Under the pieces are notes generated by a model. The model did no database searches. It was not told the origin of the DNA and worked only from the letters and a program-made list of their open reading frames with translations. From contig NC_068984.1 in the NCBI RefSeq assembly GCF_001194135.2, forward strand, positions 145,472,084 through 145,536,083: 64,000 nt of DNA. Direction: 5' to 3'. Of this stretch, positions 37,491-50,999 are shown piece after piece (positions within the stretch are counted from its first letter, which is position 1; every line of letters begins with the position of its first letter). Source of the stretch: Octopus bimaculoides (taxonomy: Eukaryota). Both the position numbers and the translations under genes were made by a program.

Positions 37491-39839
37491 TATGCCCAGA
37501 CTGTCTCACTGCATGATCGCAGCCACATGTTCTTAGTTGGAGACAAGGCATAACTAGAACACCAAATCTGCAGGTTGCACCTTGTGATTCAGCCAACCAC
37601 CAGTAACATAAAATGACCATTCTGTAAGCACTGACCTGGAGTTACACAACAACAACAACACAATGATGCTAATTTACATATGGGAAATTAGAGGTGAGAA
37701 ATATTCTGATTTGCAATTTAACATATACTGATTACATTAACTAGCGTACCTTGATAAAGTTAATATTATCAAGAGACAGAATAATGTTGGAGAGAAAATT
37801 CACATTGTGAACTTGTGTTTGAAACCCCTTTCATGGTGTATGTTCTCAATATTCGTAATAATGTTCAAGGCAAAGTCATTCTCCTTCAATTATCAAAGTT
37901 GTTACATTCAATGCCAATTCTATTTATCTATTTCCTTTAACATAGAATGTCATTTACCATTTATTGATTTTGGTATTAATTTCTATGGATACCAACATGT
38001 GGAAGTGAAATGACCCATTCCGTAGCTGAGTCCGTTGAAGCCAAATATTCCTCGACAGCAAAGAAATGTTTAATATATTTTCAGCCTTCAGCAGAATCAA
38101 ACACGAAAATAACATTTTCTTTATGCATGCATGCACACATGCACACACACATACACACACAACTACATGTGTACCACATTCATTTTTACACAAAGTAATT
38201 TCTCATTCCACCTTAGTAATCACTTTTAAGAAGTATTCTTCAATCTCAAATTTATTTTTTGCTTCTCGGTACACATGCAACAACAACAAAAAAAAAACAG
38301 TTTATAAAAGTCAGCAGATGATATCTTATAGACATATTGTTGATGTGAGTCTTTGAGAGATCATTGCTTGAATATGATAATATATAAAGCAGGTAAGAAC
38401 TATCAAGAATGGCAGACCAAATCTGTCACACTGTCTCACACCACCATTAGACCATTGGGTTATCTTTAGCAGATATCACATTCTATAAAGCATTTGGACC
38501 AGGCCTCTCTTATACAAGAACAGCTACCAATATATTTTGGGGTGGTCTATAACAGCAGCAACACAAGAGCAATGGTTTCTCCTTCTCTTTTTCTCCCGAA
38601 CCAGTCTTGGAGTCAATCTCCTATTGCCTTCTTCCTTCACATCAATCTTCAAGAAACTGGTCTTCCCTTTTCCTCACACCAATCTTGAAATCAATGGCTT
38701 TTCCTGTCTCCTCTTCACACATACACACACACACACACACACATTGACCTTGAAGTCATTTCTTCCTTTTTCTGGCCCCACCCTATTCTCAAAGACATTG
38801 CCCTTCCTCCAAAAGCTAAACTATATCAAATGTTGATATCAAATTTTGGCACAAGGGCAGAAATTTCAGGGAAGGGGATAAGTTGATTACAATGACCCCA
38901 GTGCATAACTGGTACCAATTTTATCAACCCTGAAGGGATGAAAAGCAAAGTGGACCTCAGCAGAATTTGAACTCAGGACATAAAGGTGAGCAAAATACCA
39001 CAAAACATTTTGCCTGGTATGCCAATGATTCTGGCAGCTCCCCCTTTAATCATATCAGATATTTCAGAAATATGTGTGATTTGGTTGACGCAACACAGAA
39101 ATGTTTACAGAACATCTAAAAAAAAAAAACAGATATTGTGTTACATCACAATACTCTGTATTATTTAAATGTAATTCTGTTTTGGTGCAGAAGCAGAATT
39201 ACTATACAAATAGTGAAAGGAAATATTACAATGGTTATTGGAAGACAGTTATAAAATTTAAAGTCAGTTGTTTAAATTTCGGTAAAATAAACTTTATTTA
39301 TCAATAAATGATGTGCGTTTGTATTTTTTTACCCACAAAATTGCTTTTGATAAACAAATACTTTATGAAACACAACAGAGGAGGATAATAGAATTTAGTT
39401 GTAGTGTCTAGATGCAGATATGGCTGTGTAGTTAAGATGTTAGCTTCCCAATCATGTGGCCCTGGGGTCCTGCCTTTCTCTCTTTAATGTAAGATTACAG
39501 AAAAGAAAGGAGAAACCTCACATTCAAATAAATATACTCCAACATTTGCATTGAGTACATTTTCTTCTACTTACAGATTCAAATGTACATGTACTTGGGT
39601 GTGTGTGTGTGTGTGTGTGCATTATATATGTAAAGTGGTCGGCATTAGGAAGGGCATCCAGCCATAGAAACCATGCCAAAACAGACTGCAGAGCTTGGCA
39701 CAGTCTTCTGACTTGCCAGCTCTAGTCAAACTGTCCAACCCATGCCAGCAGGGAAAGCAGATGTTACTGTAAACCCAACCTCCACTTTCAGGGTCGAGAG
39801 AGAGAGAGACAGACAGAGGCTGGATTAACGGTAACATTT

Positions 39840-40140
39840 ATATGCATCCACTAGAGGAGACCCCCTTCGGTCATGAATGACCGTGGGATTGCACCTAGAA
39901 AGTTACCCTCCAAGGCACAAGTCCAGCAGTCGCCACCGATGTTATCCAAGGGAAAGGCAAAGGGGCTGATACAGCTTGGCACCAGTGACATCGCAACTCA
40001 TTTCTACAGCTGAGTAAACTGGAGCAACCGTGAAATAAAGTGTCTTGCTCAAGAATACAACATGCAGCCCGGTCCGGGAATTGAACTCACAACCTCACGA
40101 TCATAAGCTCAACACTCTAACCACTGAGCCGTGCATCCAC
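39840..40140 (-). mobile_element. tRNA-derived SINE family E
   Basis: Minus strand head gctcagtggttagagtgttgagcttatgatcgtgaggttgtgagttcaattcc, then ttcttgagcaagacactttatttcac. Related copies at ~18140-18430+, 30440-30670+, 34110-34360+. Confidence 0.8.
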
Positions 40141-40431
40141 AACTGATTATATATATATATAGTTTATATGAGAAGATCTGAATGAAAAATTTAAAGCCCA
40201 TACAAATCAGGGAAATTACCTATTAAGAGTGAACTGTAATTGAAATAAAGTGTAATTAATATCACACAATGAATTTATGTTAATGATTAGGAGATAATAT
40301 AACCTCATTAGACTTGATAACAGAAATTTATCTAAAACTATGTAATAAATTATATACGACAATAATATATGAGTTATCTCATAACCAATGGATATCATAA
40401 ACACCACTAGCAGACTAAATATCACACACAT

Positions 40432-40462
<31 letters not shown>

Positions 40463-41621
40463 CAGACACACACACACACATATATATATACATATATATA
40501 TGCACACACACACACATATGGGAATATATACATACACATTATATATAGCAATGCTGTGTGGTTAAGAAGCTTGCTTCTAAACCACATGATCTTGGGTTCA
40601 ACCCCACTAAGTGGCACTTTGGGCAAGTGTCTTCTACTATAACCCCAGGCTGACCAATGCCTTGTGAGTGAATTTCATAGCAGAAATTGAAAGAAGCCTA
40701 TCATCTATATATATGTATATATCATCATCATCATCATTACTGCTTAACATCCGCTTTCTGTACTGGCATAGGTTGCACGGTTTCAAAAGCCAGGAGGCTG
40801 CACCAGGCTTCAATCTGATCTGGCAGTGTTTCTACAGCTGGATGCCCTTCCTAATGCCAACCACTCCGAGAGTGTAGCAGGTGCTTTTGACATGCCACAA
40901 AATATAAGTCAAAGAAATGGTACAAGGACTGTAATCATGACGACTTAGTGAAATTGAAAAAATAAATGTAAAAATTCTGGGAAGAGAGAAAAGTGGGTGA
41001 TAGAGATATAGATAGACTTATTTATATATACCCAGGTATGTCTCATTCTCTGGGTAGTTCATCCAACTATTACAAATTCTGATACTGGCAATAACAGTAA
41101 TTAATACATCAACCTCCCCATAACACTCATTTGCCATCTCAACTAACGAGGGGCTTGGATGTGGTGACAGGCTAACAAAAGAAATTCTATGTGATCTGTT
41201 AGAAACAACAGTTAAATCTCTCTAAATTACATTCTACCAGTCTAAAAGGATGACGAAAAATACATTGAAATCGTAGCCTAGGAATAAAAACAACATAATT
41301 TGCTACTGTATAGACTAGAGTTTAAATAAATCTAATGTTATATACTCAGGTGCCAGACATAACAACAACACCTGGCATAAAACACAATACATACAGTAAG
41401 CATTGCATCCTGTATTTGCCAGCTGTAATCCTCTTCAATTAATTAAGATCTTTAGAAACTGTCTGATCTGATTTGTTTCATATGAAATAATCACAATATT
41501 GCAAACATGGTCCTCAGTTACAGAGTCAAAGAGTACAAGTTTAATCTAAGAGAGCCAGTGAGCACTTGAAGCTCAAAGGTCATTTAAGATTTCACATAGT
41601 GTGTGTGTGTATGTGTGTGTG

Positions 41622-41699
<78 letters not shown>

Positions 41700-42589
41700 G
41701 TTGCCAGTACCGTGTGACTGGCCTTCATGCCGGTGGCATGTAAAAGCACCCACTATACTCTCGGAGTGGTTGGCATTAAGAAGAGCATCCAGCTGTAGAA
41801 ACTCTACCAGATGAGACTGGAGGCTGGTGCAGCCTTCTGGCTTGCCAGTCCTCAGTCAAATCGTCCAACCCATGCTAGCATGGAAAGCGGATGTTAAACG
41901 ATGATGATGATACACACACATATATATATAAATACATGTAGATGTCTATATTTCTGCACAGAATATCATCAGACAAAGTAAACGTCCATGAGAAAACTGA
42001 AAAACTTCTTTTTTTTTTTTTAATGAAGTTTGTAGTGATATTTGTTCTGCACCATCTCACAGACACTTCCTTGTCAGGCTCACTCTTAGAAATGCCGTGA
42101 ACCCCTGACAGGCCTGTTGGAAACATATCACTAATGATCCTATTGTTCACTAATAGCAATATAAAAATAGTTTTGTTTTAAAACCTGTTTGATTCACCCC
42201 CTCCAGTGAAATAATTAACAAAATACAACACTATTTCTGTATTTTAGAAGCAAAGCACTTAGGAAATTCTTGTCATAATGCAAAATTCATTTCCCCATTG
42301 ATTTTCATGTTAAAAAGTGAAAATATGTTGCAACAGATTTTTCTATAAAACAACAAGAAAGCAACATGACGACTTTTACGTATGAAAGTAACAAAGAGAC
42401 ACACTGCAAGGTGTATACATAAATATGTTGAAGAGAAACACATTAGGGAATAAATAAGAATCCTAATACCAGACTGGGGTACATTCTTAGCATGAAGGAC
42501 GTTGACTATGGAGTGAAGGGTGGTGGTGGTGGCGGTGGCGGTGGAATGAGATTTACTGGGAGGATGAAGAACACTATCCTCTGTCTTAG

Positions 42590-43090
42590 AATTCATCATT
42601 ATCAATATGGAGGAGTGAAGAACTTATCCAAAATTATTGGATGTTTATGGTGCATCACTTCTTTGAACAGCTCAGTGTAGGAACTGAGCTTATCGTAAAT
42701 TCTTCTTGGAATTATTCTATGTCCACAATAAGGATTGCCATTAGCAAAAACCTTGCACATCTTCCTCTTCTAAATACCAATCCTATTGCAATATTCTTTG
42801 TATTTAAATGGAGTTGATGGAATTTCCATATTTTTATCTGTATTCTCATCTTGTTTATGCTCAAAGTTCTTCTTTAGATAAAACTTTCCCTATGGGACCC
42901 TAGCAACTCAACCATATTGTCCCCTATGACTTCTCCAAACCCTACATCATTTGCAAGGGTCACAATATCTTCCTCAATTTCATATAGACTTCCTGGTTTG
43001 TGCAAAATTTGCGCAGTTACAGATACAGTCTGGCCATGTGTTTTGCCAAGCACCATTCAAAGAAAACTTCACCAAAAGTTTATAGTGACA
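42590..43090 (-). mobile_element. Pogo/Tigger-like transposase C-terminal relic
   Basis: ...EIEEDIVTLANDVGFGEVIGDNMVELLGSHRE... and ...SSYTELFKEVMHHKHPIILDKFF; typical Tigger C-terminal pattern (GF.EV...DV.ELL.SH; Y.EL.K...Q..LDxFF). Confidence 0.65.
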
Positions 43091-45094
43091 TATGAGATGA
43101 AGTGAAGCATTAAGTGAAGATGTAGAGCATCGGAATGTCAGAAAGGGTTGATGAGAACAAGTTGTTATGACAAGATGTGGCTTGATACTACAAGAATGGT
43201 ATATTACATTATGGCAACAGGGGAGTATAAGACTTTCAGGTAGACACTGGCCCTCTGCCGGTTATGGTGATGAGGGTTCCACCTGATCCAATCATTGGAA
43301 CAGCCTGCTCGTGAAATTAACATGCAAGTGGCTGAGTACTCCACAGACACATGTACTCTTAATGTAACTCTCAGGGCGATTCAGCATGACACAGAATGTG
43401 ACAAGGCTGGCCCATTGAATTACTGGTACAATTCATTTTTGCCAGCTGAGTGGACTGGACCAAGGGGAAATAAAACATCTTGCACAAGGACACAACACGT
43501 TGCCAGGAATTGAACTCATGACCTTAGAATCGTGGACCAAAATACCTTAACCACTATGTCACTCATAATAGGCTCATAACCATGCATCTCAGTTTCAATT
43601 CCTGATTGAAACAGTTTCGTATCTCTTACACCATTAATAATATGTTGTTAACAGTTGGAAACATTATACAGCCTCGCTCAGCCCTGCTCTCAAGCTAAGC
43701 CAGACTGACCCAAATAGCTGATCAACATTCCATGCATGGCTGGTTAAATGCAGGCCTTAGCAGATTCAGAATTTTCCCACAAGTCCCAAAGTTCATGACC
43801 ACTTTTTTTAACCTAATTTCACACCTTTTCTCTCTGTCTCTCTCACTTTTCTGTAAAAAATGGCTGACAGCTTTCCCAAGAGAATTCTCTGGAATAGAAG
43901 GAAATAATATTTCAAGCTAATATCTACCCTGAATTTAGTCTAGGAATGCTACAAAGGGTTTGTGGGCACTGCATGCTTTTCTTTTTGAATTTTTCTCTCA
44001 GACAAACCTTATGGAAGGATTTTGTGCATCAAAATTTTGAAAACAGAAACTTTTAATGACATAAAACTTTAATAGGCCTCACTTTTCTTTTTCTTTTTTT
44101 TTTACTTGCTGGGATTTGATGGAGGGACAGTGCCCAAGACCTTCAAAGATTAATAAGGCTGGTGCTATTAAGGGTGCTCTTGAACTATTGCAAGTCAACA
44201 TTGGTATGAAAGACGTGCGCAGAGTGGGAACTCAAGGGGGAGGGGACAATGCATGGGGACTAGTGTGGGGTTGGGGGTTTGAACACAACAAGGGTGAGAA
44301 AAGAAGTAATATTCAACCAGTGTGTGTGCTATTACTGGTGTAATGATCCTCGCAAAACACAGGATTAATTTAAAACATTGTTTTGAATCAGTCATGTATT
44401 ATCTCATAGTTTTGAGATATTGATGATGTGTTTGTATAGTTTTGGAATGACATTGTTGGTGTGAGAAGCCAGATCTGGCCAGTTTGAACAAGTAAAGGTA
44501 GAATGTTTGGGCTGGATATGGCCAGTTTAAATGCAAAATGGTTAAACAAATGACTGCTTTGTTAGCTGGTTAGATATTTAACCAACTGACAAACAAGAAT
44601 GTGATATTGAACCAGTGTGTGTGCTATTACTGGTGTAATGATCCTCCCAAAAACACAAGACTTATTTCAACACAAATTCTCATAAAAGAAATCTTGCAAA
44701 ACCAAATTCAAAAATGAAATGAAATATTTGGCTTACAACACAGAAATAAAAAAAAAAAAGAAAAACCAAGCCCGTATATTAATGGCAACTTTCTAAGGGC
44801 TTGTTAGAATTTTAGCAAGGCAAGAAGAATAGTTTTTCCCTCTCCTTCAATATTTCCACCACCTCCCTACATATCTAACCCCACAACCATTTAACAGCAG
44901 ATGTTTTAAGTAAATATAAATCTTCCTTGCAAACAAGATAACAGCTTCTCCCTGTTACCAGATGCTTGTTTGGTGGTGTATGGGGGAGGAGGTGCGATGG
45001 TAGGGGAGAAGTCTTTTAGCAGCAAGTTGGGGGTTGCTGTTGTTGTTTCAAAAACTTAGAAACGTGGCAGAATCTGTCAACTGGATCACAGACA

Positions 45095-45099
45095 GAAGC

Positions 45100-45146
<47 letters not shown>

Positions 45147-45345
45147 GAGAGAGAGAGAGAAAGAGAGAGAGAGAATGCCGGCATCGCTTAACAGACAGCA
45201 CTGTGTTACACAAACGCCTCTCTATGCTCTTTTCCTCTCTCTCTCTCACATATACACACTACCTCTCGAACTTTCTGCCTCTCTCTCTCTCTCTTCCTCT
45301 CCGTCTATCTCACTTTCATTTTTTCTTCTCTCTCTCCCTCTTTTC

Positions 45346-45380
<35 letters not shown>

Positions 45381-45570
45381 ATAGATATATATATATATAG
45401 AGAGAGAGAGACAGACAGACAGACATATATATACATTCTCTACCTTCTTTCCTATCTACCTACCTACCTACCTACCTCTCTATCTATCTACCCACCTACC
45501 TCTCTATCTATCTATCTATCTATCTATCTAATTATCTGTCTATCTATCTATCTATCTGTCTGTCTGTCAG
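45095..45570. repeat. (GA)n/(CT)n and (TCTA)n microsatellite block
   Basis: Direct. Confidence 0.95.
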
Positions 45571-45949
45571 TCTCTCTCATAAACGTCAGTTTATGACATC
45601 ATAAAAAATAAAACTTACTTCAACTTCATCATTAAAAAATGAAGAAATCCTTATAAAAAAAAAACGAAATTAAGAAACCATTAAATATAATTTTTAAAAA
45701 GAATCATTATTTCCATTGCTATTATTGTAAATAATTCATTATTATTATTATACTACTACTACTACTACTATAGAGTTCTTAGTTTTGACTGAGTTTTCAA
45801 CAACAGTTGTGCTGACTCAGGCAGTTTTCACCATTATTCAAATTCGGTTCCAGCCAAAAATAAATTCCCCCTAAAATGGTCTTTTTTCTTTTTTATCAAG
45901 TAGATGATATATATTTCTAAGAATTTATCGAGTGTTAAGTGTTTGAATA

Positions 45950-46330
45950 ACAACAACAACAATAATAATAATAATAATAATAATAATAAAGCTTTTTTAA
46001 TGTTTTACGAGATTTCTAATAATGACGACGGCGACCACGATGATGATGGTGATGATGACGACCACGAAGACGACCATGATGACCACCACGACGAACGGTT
46101 ACAATGATGGTGATGACGGACGACGCTGACGATGTTTAAGATGACAACAAAGATGATGATGCTGATGATAATGATGATCATGATGATGCTGATGATAATG
46201 ATGATCACCAAGATGACAAAGATACTGACGGTTGTTATTATTATTATTACGGCGATGATAATGGTGCTGACATGATTACCATTATTCCGATGAAGACGAT
46301 GCTTGTGGCAGAAACGATGACAACGGATCC
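45950..46330. repeat. (AAC/AAT)n then (GAT/GAC)n trinucleotide tract
   Basis: Direct; it produces the spurious poly-N/D ORFs. Confidence 0.95.
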
Positions 46331-46656
46331 AGGTGAACTGAAGCTAAACTTATTGGCTCCTTAAAACATTCAGGAATCTATATTCTTACCATTTTTCTTC
46401 TCCCCCCCCCCGTCTCTTTTAGCGTTAGACATCTTTTATTTCGTTTGAGGAATTTACAATAAAAATTCACAACAACAATTTCAGTAACGAAAGGCAAAAG
46501 AAAGCAGGACTTAATAATAATAAGAATAAACAGCGAGAAAATGGCAAAAAGAAACACAACGACGAGGCTAGGAAGAACCAGAATATATATATATATATAT
46601 ATATATATACAAATATATGCATATATACATACATAGGTTATGAGCGGTAGTGGTGT

Positions 46657-46699
<43 letters not shown>

Positions 46700-47081
46700 A
46701 ACATACATATATATATATATATATACATACACATGCATAAATATTTATATTCTTTTATTCGTTTAAGTCATTTGACTGTGGCCATGCTGGAGCAAATCGA
46801 TCCCGGGACTTATTCTTTGTAAGCCTAGTAGTTATTCTATCGGTCACTTTTGCCGAACCGCTAAGTTACGGGGACATAAAGACACTGACATCGGTTGTCA
46901 AACAATGTTGGTGGGGAAAATACAAACACACACACACACATAATATATATATTTATATTTACATTATAGAGACACGCGTTTATACATACATACATGCATT
47001 ATATACGTTTAAATTGCTAAGGGCCACGTATATTATATTTGATATATTATTTTATTTATACATATGTGCGTGTGTGTGGTA

Positions 47082-47123
<42 letters not shown>

Positions 47124-47903
47124 TATATATACAAATGTAAATATATAGACGTATGTATACATACAAACGTGCACATATACACACATATATACAAAAATAT
47201 CTTGATGTTGAAATTCCAATGAAGGAGCCTTGGATCTAGGTTAGAAACCGGTTCCTTCTGTATTAGCAAGAAATCTTGAAATAAAACTTAATAATGACAT
47301 ACACACGCATACGTGTGAGTGTAATTAATTATTAATTATAGTTCTAATTTGTTTATTAAACGAGTTACAACTTCAAGCAAAATATTTAGAATCTTTTTTT
47401 TTTTTAGCATTTTTACTATTTTAACCAAATTTCCACCCCCCATTTAGCCCCTAAATTAAAGAATTTCTACAAAATATCCGAAATTAAAAAAAATATGGAG
47501 TCTAGAAAATTCTTAATTGCGTTAAAAACTAATTATTTTCTTAAAACATCTAGCAGAAAAGTGGAGAGCAAATAGACAGACAGGGACGCTGTAATAAAAG
47601 AATGTCTTGTAATAATGTTTATTATAAAGAGAAAATAAAATTCTGTCATCAGTTTAACAACAGAAGACATATGTACACTTTAGGGCCCCATCATCCCTAC
47701 AACTTTATTTCTTTTTAATTTGATATTCTTTAATTTATTTTCATGAAAATTTCAGAAGAGAAGTTTTCGATGGCGTAAATGACGATTATGCCAATACAAT
47801 ATTTTTCGTTTGAAAAATTTATGCATTTCTTTTGTATTAAGAAAGAAAACATGTTCATATCTTCTTAACCGATTCATAAATGACTCATGTTCATTCCTTA
47901 GAC

Positions 47904-48125
47904 CAACGGCTCCCGACCGGGTTCCATATGACCCTTAGGGATCCATATAAGATTTTATTGTTAAAGTTTATGTGCAATACACTGGTTATGTTTGTACAAT
48001 ACACAAAATATTTTAACAATTTTTTTTTTTATACACAATATCTGATAATATTTCATGATAAAAATATATTTTAAAGCATCGAACGACTAAGAGGGTCCAT
48101 CTGAGTAAAATACAAATGAAAGGGA
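47904..48125. mobile_element. Probable hAT-derived MITE
   Basis: Start caacggctcccgaccgggttccatatgacccttagggatccatataag resembles CAGTGGTTCCCAAC-type hAT termini with GGGTCC/GGACCC subterminal words; the right end is unclear. Confidence 0.4.
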
Positions 48126-48191
48126 GTCTTCCTCTGCAACTGTTGTTTATCCTTTTTGAAATTTGAATAAATTTTATTTCTTTACAGAGAT

Positions 48192-48368
48192 ATGACGATG
48201 AAGTACCGAGTAGAAAAAAAAATGGCCAGTTTTCGACACCTGCTCTTCTTCGGTTTCAAATATGGTTCCAAAGTTGCCGAAGTCGCTCAAGACATTTGTG
48301 CTGTGGACAAAGAAGGCACTATTACTAAAAGAATTCCACGGAAGAGCCATTCGCATGAACGTTTTTAG
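48192..48368 (+). mobile_element. Mariner transposase N-terminal HTH relic
   Basis: MTMKYRVEKKMASFRHLLFFGFKYGSKVAEVAQDICAVDKEGTITKRIPRK resembles the mariner HTH (FRHxLLFxFxxGxxAxxAARxICAVYGEGAI). Confidence 0.75.
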
Positions 48369-48755
48369 AATGTCCAGAAAAGTCATTATAAACCTTTATA
48401 CGTAGGTTGAAATGAGTCATTTTCGACTATACATCGGTATTGGGACGATTTCTTTGGAAGATAATGAAAATGTTTGTCTTGAAAATATCATTCCAGCTTT
48501 GTCTTGCACATCACATCAAATGAGAATGGCGACCACAGACATCGTTGTCCAGAAAATTCATTAGCATGTTTTCGAAATTTCAAAGTTAATGTAAATAAAA
48601 ACCATGAGGCTTTTTTATGCTGTTCTGGAGAAATTCAGATGAATTGGCAGTTAATATTTTCAGGTGAAAAAAAAAAAGTCATTTTGTACGGTGTCACGTA
48701 TGTTACGCTTGTCAAAAAAATTTACCATACATTCCAAGTTTTTTTTTTGTTTTTT

Positions 48756-48983
48756 NNNNNNNNNNNNNNNNNNNNNNNNNNNNNNNNNNNNNNNNNNNNN
48801 NNNNNNNNNNNNNNNNNNNNNNNNNNNNNNNNNNNNNNNNNNNNNNNNNNNNNNNNNNNNNNNNNNNNNNNNNNNNNNNNNNNNNNNNNNNNNNNNNNNN
48901 NNNNNNNNNNNNNNNNNNNNNNNNNNNNNNNNNNNNNNNNNNNNNNNNNNNNNNNNNNNNNNNNNNNNNNNNNNNNNNNNNNN
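48756..48983. other. Assembly gap
   Basis: Run of N. Other gaps at 2319-2328, 7777-7876, ~11935-11950, ~26246-26255, ~27317-27347, ~30615-30624, 53627-53768, ~55756-56004, ~59878-59887, 61950-61959. Confidence 1.
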
Positions 48984-50195
48984 AGAGACTCTCCACTTTC
49001 CAGCCAACCTGTTCAGTTCAGTGAGACTCGGTTAAAGTAGCTCATCCACAAAGAACCGTGCCAAACCATGAGGGCATTTGGCCCAGCAGATGAGATCTTG
49101 TCGTGATACTCAATGCCCATCACCTTCACTCGAGGGTTAAGGGCCAAAAATTTGGTCCATGGAAGAAAAACGTACGAATTTATCTGACAACGCAATATAA
49201 AACAAATCAAGTTTCCAGAAACAATTTTGTTTCTTTTTTTCTTTTTTGACAGTAGACTAAACGCAAACTGGAGATATTCCTCATTGTGTTTCCAAATTTC
49301 ATATTGATAATCAATATATCAATCAGATAATCTTTTCTACTCTAGGCACAAGGCACAAAATTTTGGCGGAGGAGGCTAGTCGATTAGATCGACACCAGTA
49401 CGCAACTGGTATTTAATTTATCGATTCCGAAGGGATGAAAGGTAAAGTCAACTTTGGCGGAATTTGAACTCAGAACGTAAAGACACGAAATACCGCTTAT
49501 TTTACATTTTATACTATGATTCTAAGCCATTATAAACATTCAAAGGAAGATATGAACTGGTCTCCTTCATTTTGTATCTTTTGTCAATGGACAGCGAAGG
49601 GGTTAAGTAGAACAAACCGGCCCCATCTTTTTAAGTACTAATTCTATCGGTCATTTTTTTTTTTTTTTGCCAAACAACTAGATGGCAGGAACGTAAACAA
49701 ACCAGTATCGGTGGTTAAGCGACGGGGACCAAACACACACACACACCCGCGCGACGGGTTTCTTTCTGTTTCCATCTATCAAGTCCACTTACAAGACATT
49801 GGTCGGCCCAAGGGACCACGCAATGGAACTGAACCCGAAACCATGTCGTTGGGAAGCAAACTTTCCGAGCAAAACCAAAATTTTCTGGGTTTTTTTTTTT
49901 TTAAAACTAACAAAAAAAAATCTACATCTTCGAAAATTTAAATCTATAAAATTTCCTTTAAAAAATACATATTACGGGGAAAATCTACGAGGAAACAAAG
50001 TCGGGAAGTGGTGGAGGTGACGAAGGCACGAAAACGAAGTTAAGGCCGACAGACATAGCAGACTATAATTAAACCAGCGACGAGAAAAGATTTGTGTGTT
50101 TAATATTTTCATCGTCACTTTTTTGTGGGGGTGGAGAGGAAATTACCAGAAAAAAAAAGTTTTCGAGAGACTTCTAAAAGAGTAAATGCGTCAAT

Positions 50196-50240
50196 ATGGC
50201 GGGGAAGGCGAGACAGAACAGACAGACACGTGTACTGGAA
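50196..50240 (+). CDS. Candidate short first coding exon of an unidentified plus-strand gene (MAGKARQNRQTRVLE)
   Basis: aatATGGCGG start (also a YY1-type motif) at the edge of a CpG-rich island, followed by GAA|GTACGT donor-like site at 50241. No homology recognised. Confidence 0.25.
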
Positions 50241-50510
50241 GTACGTGTGTGTGTGTGTGTTTATTATACGGCAACAGAGAAAATCTCAAGCTATGACGGA
50301 CAGCGTTACTAGTGCACTTGTCTCTAGAATATAGGACCATTTCGGAGACTAATATTGCCATAAGTAGGTAGTTTACTAAAAGGAAACAACTGTAACAGAT
50401 ATTGTCGAAACTGAAGGAGGATCAGATACTGGCTTTTTTTTTAATTATTATTATTAATTTGTACGTGTATCTAGAGATACACACATTTGAGGTTATATAT
50501 TCAGCATTCC

Positions 50511-50592
<82 letters not shown>

Positions 50593-50932
50593 AGTAAAAA
50601 TAAATACAAAAAAAGGGGTTTTGTATGATTGTGTATAGAGGAATATATTATTTTGTTTAAAAGAGTTCCAACACTGTCTGTTTTTTATGTTTTATTTATA
50701 TTCCTGCAAAACCAATGTGGAATATAGAATATGGAATATACAATATATTATATAAAATAAAAATGGATGGTACAATGAAATAAAGTATTGAATGTCTTAT
50801 TGAATATATGGAATATGTCTTATTGAATAAATGAAATATTGAGTGTTCAATATTAAGGATTAAATATATAAAGGCGAATACGTATTTTCTATACCTTGTG
50901 GTATTCCATCATGGCCGGTATGACAGACTTTA

Positions 50933-50963
<31 letters not shown>

Positions 50964-50999
50964 TTTTCAGCAAGTGAAAATAACTAAGGTATCTTCAGC

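Larger units (their letters stand above)
45000..50350. promoter_or_regulatory. CpG-retaining (likely unmethylated) island, possible promoter region
   Basis: CpGs are abundant in unique DNA and intact in SINE/mariner copies here (e.g. ttgccgaaccgctaagttacgggg ~46850), whereas copies at 1-44 kb mostly show TpG/CpA decay. A GA/CT-rich block lies at 45095-45420. Confidence 0.5.

Noticed and set aside
41875-42159. 94-aa minus-strand ORF (LSGVHGISKSEPDKEV...)
   Set aside because: It runs through poly-A/T, a microsatellite and a SINE tail; no homology recognised.
48504-48600. HITSNENGDHRHRCPENSLAC as a Mutator-like transposase H..CP..C motif
   Set aside because: Resemblance is limited to a few residues; it needs a profile search, and flanks give no support.
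49000-49210. GC-balanced segment with minus-strand frame INSYVFLPWTKFLALNPRVKVMG... after an acceptor-like ttgtcag
   Set aside because: No recognisable family, not in phase with COLGALT motifs, and truncated by a gap; left unassigned.
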